This document shows, in pieces, positions 27,374 through 32,000 of a stretch of DNA of 32,000 nt. The first letter of the stretch is position 1. Every line of letters begins with the position of its first letter. The stretch lies in assembly GCF_009831105.1 (NCBI RefSeq), contig NZ_WUUQ01000002.1, forward strand, positions 330,001 to 362,000, written 5' to 3'. The translations under genes and the position numbers were made by a program. The notes beneath the pieces were generated by a model that made no database searches, was not told the origin of the DNA, and worked only from the letters and a program-made list of their open reading frames with translations. This stretch comes from Copranaerobaculum intestinale (GTDB lineage Bacteria; Bacillota_I; Bacilli_A; Erysipelotrichales; Erysipelotrichaceae).

Positions 27374-28090
27374 ATGTATAATCGGGTGCTATTGAAATTA
27401 AGTGGTGAGGCTCTGTCTTCACCCGGGAATGCTTTTGATCCGCAGATTTTAAAGAATCTCGCTTTGGAATTGAAAGAGGTTGCGGCTCTGGGAGTTGACC
27501 TTGCCATCGTAGTCGGCGGCGGCAACTTCATTCGCGGTAAACTGGCGGAATCGGTTGGTATTGAACGGGTGCAGGCAGACTATATGGGAATGCTGGCTAC
27601 AGTAATCAATGCGTTGGCGGTTCAAAGTGCTCTTGAACAGGAGGGCGTACCGACAAGGGTGCAGACAGCAATCGAAATGCAGAAGGTTGCAGAGCCGTTT
27701 ATTGTCCGTAAAGCGCTTCGTCATCTGGAAAAAGGGCGGATTGTCATATTTGGAGCAGGAACTGGAAATCCTTACTTTTCTACTGATACTACCGCTGCTT
27801 TACGCGCCAGTGAAATAAAGGCCGATGTAATTTTAATGGCAAAAAATGGTGTTGACGGCGTTTATGATGCGGATCCTAAGCTGAACCCGGAAGCGAAAAA
27901 ATATGAATCGCTGACATATATGGATCTGATTCAGCAGGGTCTTCAGGTAATGGATACCACGGCAACTTCTATGTGTATGGATAATGATATCGATCTTGTC
28001 GTATTTAATATGAATGAGCCTGGAAATATCTTGAAAGCAGTAAAAGAGGATATTACCGGAACGGTGATTACTAGAGAAAGGAAGGAATAA
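27374..28090 (+). CDS. pyrH: UMP kinase
   Basis: 238 aa. [20 protein letters not shown] and [14 protein letters not shown] motifs. Confidence 0.97.
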   Translation: MYNRVLLKLSGEALSSPGNAFDPQILKNLALELKEVAALGVDLAIVVGGGNFIRGKLAESVGIERVQADYMGMLATVINALAVQSALEQEGVPTRVQTAIEMQKVAEPFIVRKALRHLEKGRIVIFGAGTGNPYFSTDTTAALRASEIKADVILMAKNGVDGVYDADPKLNPEAKKYESLTYMDLIQQGLQVMDTTATSMCMDNDIDLVVFNMNEPGNILKAVKEDITGTVITRERKE

Positions 28091-28093
28091 TAT

Positions 28094-28639
28094 ATGCAGG
28101 AAATTTTAAACAGTGTAACGGAAAAAATGGAAAAGGCTATTTCTGGATTAGAAAACAACTTAAAAACAATTCGTACCGGCAGAGCGAACCCAACTCTTTT
28201 GGATCGCGTACATGTTGATTATTACGGTTCTGCGACTCCATTAAATCAGTTGGCAAGCATTCAGGTGGTGGAAGGTCGTCAGCTGATGATCAAACCGTTT
28301 GATAAGAATATCTTGAAAGATGTAGAGCATGCGGTATATGCTGCTGATCTGGGATTGACGCCGCAGAATGACGGACAGGTTATCCGTATTTTAGTGCCTG
28401 CACTTACGGAAGACCGTCGCAAAGAATTGGCAAAGGATGCGCATAAAATGGGCGAAGATGCGAAAATCATCGTACGTAATGCCCGTCGTGACGGCAATGA
28501 TATGGTGAAGAAAAATGCTGATCTTACGGAAGACGGCAAACATGATGCAGAAGATCAAATTCAGAAGCTGACGGATGTGTACGTTAAGAAAGTAGACGCT
28601 GTCATTGCGGAAAAAACCAAAGAAATCATGTCTGTATAA
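28094..28639 (+). CDS. frr: Ribosome recycling factor
   Basis: 181 aa. RTGRANP.LLD.V.VDYYG, LTEDRRKEL.K and IRN.RRD motifs. Confidence 0.97.
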   Translation: MQEILNSVTEKMEKAISGLENNLKTIRTGRANPTLLDRVHVDYYGSATPLNQLASIQVVEGRQLMIKPFDKNILKDVEHAVYAADLGLTPQNDGQVIRILVPALTEDRRKELAKDAHKMGEDAKIIVRNARRDGNDMVKKNADLTEDGKHDAEDQIQKLTDVYVKKVDAVIAEKTKEIMSV

Positions 28640-28665
28640 CCCAAGTAGCAGTAACGAATCAAGCA

Positions 28666-28693
28666 GAACCCACAGACTGTGGGTTTTACTTTT
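28666..28693 (+). terminator. Probable terminator/attenuator after frr
   Basis: Stem aacccac (28667-28673) / gtgggtt (28679-28685), then ttactttt. The loop is very short, so this is less certain. Confidence 0.5.
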
Positions 28694-28707
28694 AGGAGGT
28701 AGGAATA

Positions 28708-29418
28708 ATGGATGCCTTGCATATACCTGAGCATATTGCCATAATCATGGATGGCAATGGTCGGTGGGCGCAGAAGCGGGGACTGCCGCGTACCGCCGGA
28801 CACAAACAAGGAGCAGAGAATATACGAAAGATTGCGATTGCCTGCAGTAATATGGGCGTGAAGGCTTTAACCGTTTATGCGTTTTCAACCGAGAACTGGA
28901 AGCGGCCAACTACGGAAATCGATTATTTATGCAAACTTCCCAAGCTCTTTTTTAATCGTTATCTGACAGAACTGATCAAAAATAATATTCAGGTTGTCAG
29001 CTTAGGTGAAATAGAAAAGTTTCCATCGGAGACACAGGAAGTTATCCGTTCAGCTGTTGAAAAAACGGCACATAACACGGGAATGCATTTATGTCTGGCA
29101 GTAAATTATGGTTCCCGGCGAGAAATCGTACTGGCGGCACAGTATTACGCGGAGGACCGAATGAAAAATTCTGATATGCCGCTTTTGGATGAAGCGATGT
29201 TTAATCGGTATCTGATGACGGCTGATCTGCCTGAAGTCGATTTGATGATTCGTACCAGCGGTGAGCTGCGCATCAGTAACTTTCTGCTGTGGCAGATTGC
29301 TTATGCGGAATTGATCTTCACAGATGTGGCCTGGCCGGATTTCGATGAGCGGCAGCTGCAGCAATGCATTGAGGAATTTAATAAGCGAAATCGCCGCTTC
29401 GGAGGTTTGTCATCATGA
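28708..29418 (+). CDS. uppS: Undecaprenyl diphosphate synthase (isoprenyl transferase)
   Basis: 236 aa. HIAIIMDGNGRWA, FSTENW.RP and IRTSGE.R.SNFLLWQ.AY.E motifs. Confidence 0.96.
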   Translation: MDALHIPEHIAIIMDGNGRWAQKRGLPRTAGHKQGAENIRKIAIACSNMGVKALTVYAFSTENWKRPTTEIDYLCKLPKLFFNRYLTELIKNNIQVVSLGEIEKFPSETQEVIRSAVEKTAHNTGMHLCLAVNYGSRREIVLAAQYYAEDRMKNSDMPLLDEAMFNRYLMTADLPEVDLMIRTSGELRISNFLLWQIAYAELIFTDVAWPDFDERQLQQCIEEFNKRNRRFGGLSS

Positions 29419-30215
29419 AAGTTAGACTTATGACGACCCTGCTGATTCTTGCTTGGATTGTCCCAGCTCTATTGTATGGCGGATTTCTACTGCATGCACT
29501 GATTGCCTTCATAATTATCTGTGGCGGATTGGAGCTGTTATCACTTACCGATCAGAAATCCATGTGGCCGCGAGGATTAAGAGTTATTGCAATGATTTTT
29601 GTATTTATTCTGATTTATGTGCAGAACTATACCCACATCGCACAGCGCTCAGCCTTGGCAATGGGGATTCTCTCTATGTCCATGCTCTTTTATTTATCGA
29701 TTCCGATCTTCACGGATCGTTTTCATATCAAGGATTCCTTTTTATGTATAACGTATATTGCGTTTTTCTATTTCATTGGAAGCGGTTTTTTGGATATTTT
29801 CAAAGCGAATAAATTATATGTCTGGATTTTATTCTTTGCTTCGTATGCTTGTGATACCGGCGCTTATTTTACCGGTATGCTGATTGGAAAGCATAAGCTG
29901 AATACTCGTATTTCTCCAAAGAAAACAGTTGAAGGAGCAATTGGCGGCTGGGCTTTTGGCTTCCTGTTTAGTTTTGGTTTTGCATATTTGTTTGTGGATA
30001 CTCTGCCGATGTGGGCAATCTGGATGTCAGCACTCCTGCTTCCGATTGCCGGGCAGATCGGTGATCTTGCCTTTAGTGCGATTAAGCGCTGTTACGGTAT
30101 TAAAGATTTCTCTAATCTTCTGCCGGGACATGGCGGTGTGCTGGATCGTTTGGACTCACTCATTTTCACAATGATTTGTTTCCATTTTATTATGATTTTG
30201 ATGGCGGTGATGTAA
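29415..30215 (+). CDS. cdsA: Phosphatidate cytidylyltransferase
   Basis: 266 aa polytopic membrane protein. CDTGAYFTGMLIGKHKL..ISPKKT.EG and the C-terminal GHGG.LDR.DS signature. ATGA overlap with uppS. Confidence 0.93.
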   Translation: MKVRLMTTLLILAWIVPALLYGGFLLHALIAFIIICGGLELLSLTDQKSMWPRGLRVIAMIFVFILIYVQNYTHIAQRSALAMGILSMSMLFYLSIPIFTDRFHIKDSFLCITYIAFFYFIGSGFLDIFKANKLYVWILFFASYACDTGAYFTGMLIGKHKLNTRISPKKTVEGAIGGWAFGFLFSFGFAYLFVDTLPMWAIWMSALLLPIAGQIGDLAFSAIKRCYGIKDFSNLLPGHGGVLDRLDSLIFTMICFHFIMILMAVM

Positions 30216-31373
30216 GTGAAAAAAATAATTGTGCTGGGAGCCAGTGGCTCGATCGGCATTCAAACTCTGGATGTCATTAAAAATCATCCAGAAGAATTTG
30301 AATTAAGTGGGATCAGCGTTGGCCATAATATCACAAAACTGCGTGATATTTTGACGGCATTTTCCATATATGATGTATGTGTTGCCGATGCGGATGATGC
30401 TGAAGCGCTGAAGCATGAGTATCCGCATATTCATTTTTACTATGGTGAACCGGGAATGTGCGAACTGATCGAGCGGGTTGCTTGTGATGTGGTGGTCAAT
30501 GCAGTAGTCGGATTTCGCGGTTTGCTGCCCAGTCTGACAGCAATTCGCTACCACCGGGTACTTGCGTTGGCAAATAAAGAATCGTTGGTTGCCGGCGGTG
30601 ATTTGGTAAAGGCGGAGCTTAAAAAGTATCAGGGAAACCTGTATCCGATTGATTCCGAGCATAGTGCAATCTTTCAATGTCTGCAAGGCAATGATGCCAA
30701 GACGGTAGAACATTTGATGATCACAGCCAGCGGCGGTAGTTTTCGCGATAAAACTCGGGAGGAATTGAATAAGGTTACCGTTGCGCAAGCTCTTCATCAT
30801 CCTAATTGGTCGATGGGAGGCAGAATTACCATTGACAGTGCTACCATGATGAATAAGGGATTTGAAGTGATCGAAGCCCACTATCTGTTTGATATCTCAT
30901 ACGATCGAATTAAGGTGCTTTTACATCCTCAAAGCATTGTGCATTCCATGGTGCAGTATACTGATCAGGCAGTTATCGCACAACTGGGTACAGCAGATAT
31001 GAAACTGCCGATTCAATATGCGTTAAGCTGGCCAAGACGGTTGAAGCTGTATAACAGTGAACCTTTTGATTTGGTGAAAGTAGGACATCTGGATTTTAAA
31101 GCAGTGGATGATGAGCGGTATCCGCTTTTGAAGCTGGCATTTACTGCCGGACGCAGAGGCGGCAACAGCGGAGCGATCTTAAACGGGGCAGATGAAGCAG
31201 CGGTCGATTTGTTTCTTCATGATAAAATTTCATTTCTTGAAATCGAAGAAGCAATCTTTGCGGCTTATAAACATATTCCTTATATAGCGGACCCTTCGCT
31301 TGATGATTTAATAGAAACCGACAGAAAGGCTCGTGAATATGTTTATCGTGAGTGGAAAGGAGTCCTTTCATGA
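30216..31373 (+). CDS. dxr: 1-deoxy-D-xylulose 5-phosphate reductoisomerase
   Basis: 385 aa. GTG start directly after the cdsA stop. LGASGSIG.QTLDV, LANKESLV, PIDSEHSAIFQ, HPNWSMG and NKG.E.IEA motifs. Confidence 0.96.
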   Translation: MKKIIVLGASGSIGIQTLDVIKNHPEEFELSGISVGHNITKLRDILTAFSIYDVCVADADDAEALKHEYPHIHFYYGEPGMCELIERVACDVVVNAVVGFRGLLPSLTAIRYHRVLALANKESLVAGGDLVKAELKKYQGNLYPIDSEHSAIFQCLQGNDAKTVEHLMITASGGSFRDKTREELNKVTVAQALHHPNWSMGGRITIDSATMMNKGFEVIEAHYLFDISYDRIKVLLHPQSIVHSMVQYTDQAVIAQLGTADMKLPIQYALSWPRRLKLYNSEPFDLVKVGHLDFKAVDDERYPLLKLAFTAGRRGGNSGAILNGADEAAVDLFLHDKISFLEIEEAIFAAYKHIPYIADPSLDDLIETDRKAREYVYREWKGVLS

Positions 31374-32000
31374 ATTTGATGACGATCATATATTTTGTGA
31401 TTTTACTGGGAGTAATTGTATTTATCCATGAGCTGGGACATTTTATATGGGCTAAGCGTTTTGGTGTGTACTGTTCTGAATTTTCTATTGGTATGGGACC
31501 AGCGCTTTATAAAAAAACCATTGGTGAAACTACTTATGCGCTGCGAGCTCTACCACTTGGCGGTTATGTACAGATGGCAGGAGAAGAAGGAACTGATACG
31601 GAAGGCATTCCTTTTGAACGAACTATTAAGGGTATCAAAGTGTGGAAGCAGGTCATTGTTATGGCAGCCGGTGCGGTTATGAATATTCTGCTTGCATGGA
31701 TCATTATGGTCGGCATTTCCATGTATCAGGGGGTCGTCGTACAAACTCCGGAACCTGTTGTATCCAGCGTACAGAGCGGTTCCCCGGCGGAAAAAGCAGG
31801 GTTTCAGGCCAATGACCGAATTTTGAAAGTATCCTTTCATAATGGCAAAAAAGTGATCGAACCGGATACATTTGATGATATTATCATGGAAATGAACAAT
31901 TATCCAAAATCCACAGCGGTTTATACAGTACAACGAGATGGTCAAACACTTGAGATTGCTTGTAAGCCGACATATCTAAAAGATGAAAATCGTTATTATA
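31370..32000 (+). CDS. rseP: RIP zinc metalloprotease RseP/RasP (3' partial, runs off the window)
   Basis: Not in the ORF track because there is no stop codon. My translation from ATG 31370 (ATGA overlap with dxr) reads MNLMTIIYFVILLGVIVFIHELGHFIWAKRFGVYCSEFSIGMGPAL...LPLGGYVQMAGEE...SPAEKAGFQANDRIL. This gives the HExxH site and the start of a PDZ domain, and the frame stays open to nt 32000. Confidence 0.92.
   Translation, partial: MNLMTIIYFVILLGVIVFIHELGHFIWAKRFGVYCSEFSIGMGPALYKKTIGETTYALRALPLGGYVQMAGEEGTDTEGIPFERTIKGIKVWKQVIVMAAGAVMNILLAWIIMVGISMYQGVVVQTPEPVVSSVQSGSPAEKAGFQANDRILKVSFHNGKKVIEPDTFDDIIMEMNNYPKSTAVYTVQRDGQTLEIACKPTYLKDENRYY

Noticed and set aside
30303-30881. 192-aa antisense ORF inside dxr
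   Set aside because: It is embedded antisense to a motif-rich gene and has no start context.
31416-31945. Track ORFs 31416..31682 (+) and 31550..31945 (-)
   Set aside because: The + frame beginning at ATG 31370 encodes an unmistakable RseP N-terminus (HELGH, PDZ) that stays open to the window end. The listed ORFs are off-frame or antisense artefacts.

Overview
This 32 kb window looks like core chromosome from a low-GC Gram-positive (Bacillota-type) organism. It has 36 protein-coding features, 34 of them on the + strand, packed tightly with many overlapping stop/start codons. From memory of the Bacillus subtilis map, two blocks are colinear with it. Block A (1.8-8.5 kb) is hisJ-like, rpsD, ezrA, nifS/nifZ-like cysteine desulfurase, thiI, then a small gene where B. 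subtilis has sspA. Block B (9.3-32 kb) is ffh, rpsP, khpA/ylqC, rimM, trmD, rplS, 2x lepB, rbgA, rnhB, dprA, topA, trmFO, xerC, then rpsB, tsf, pyrH, frr, uppS, cdsA, dxr, rseP (3' partial). I found no rRNA or tRNA genes, CRISPR array, transposase/IS element, prophage remnant, toxin-antitoxin pair or recognisable defence system. I therefore cannot support the claim that a clear novel multi-gene system is present. The points most worth a second look are: (1) a well-formed T-box leader upstream of a PHP/HisJ-type histidinol phosphatase that is frameshifted in a T6 run, where the specifier geometry and the discriminator-pairing base disagree with each other and with the gene function; (2) a 93-aa Gln/Asn-rich repeat protein just downstream of thiI, with a sigma-G-like promoter match and an SASP-like EMGIELGAD segment; (3) two uncharacterised membrane-protein genes inserted between ffh and rpsP; (4) a bactofilin + PadR + DUF2812-like membrane protein module at the junction where Bacillus carries hslVU-codY-fla/che, with ATCGAT-centred palindromes over the padR promoter; (5) a roughly 95-aa Arg-rich tail on ribosomal protein S2. 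All functional calls come from reading motifs in the supplied translations and from remembered synteny. No database search was run.
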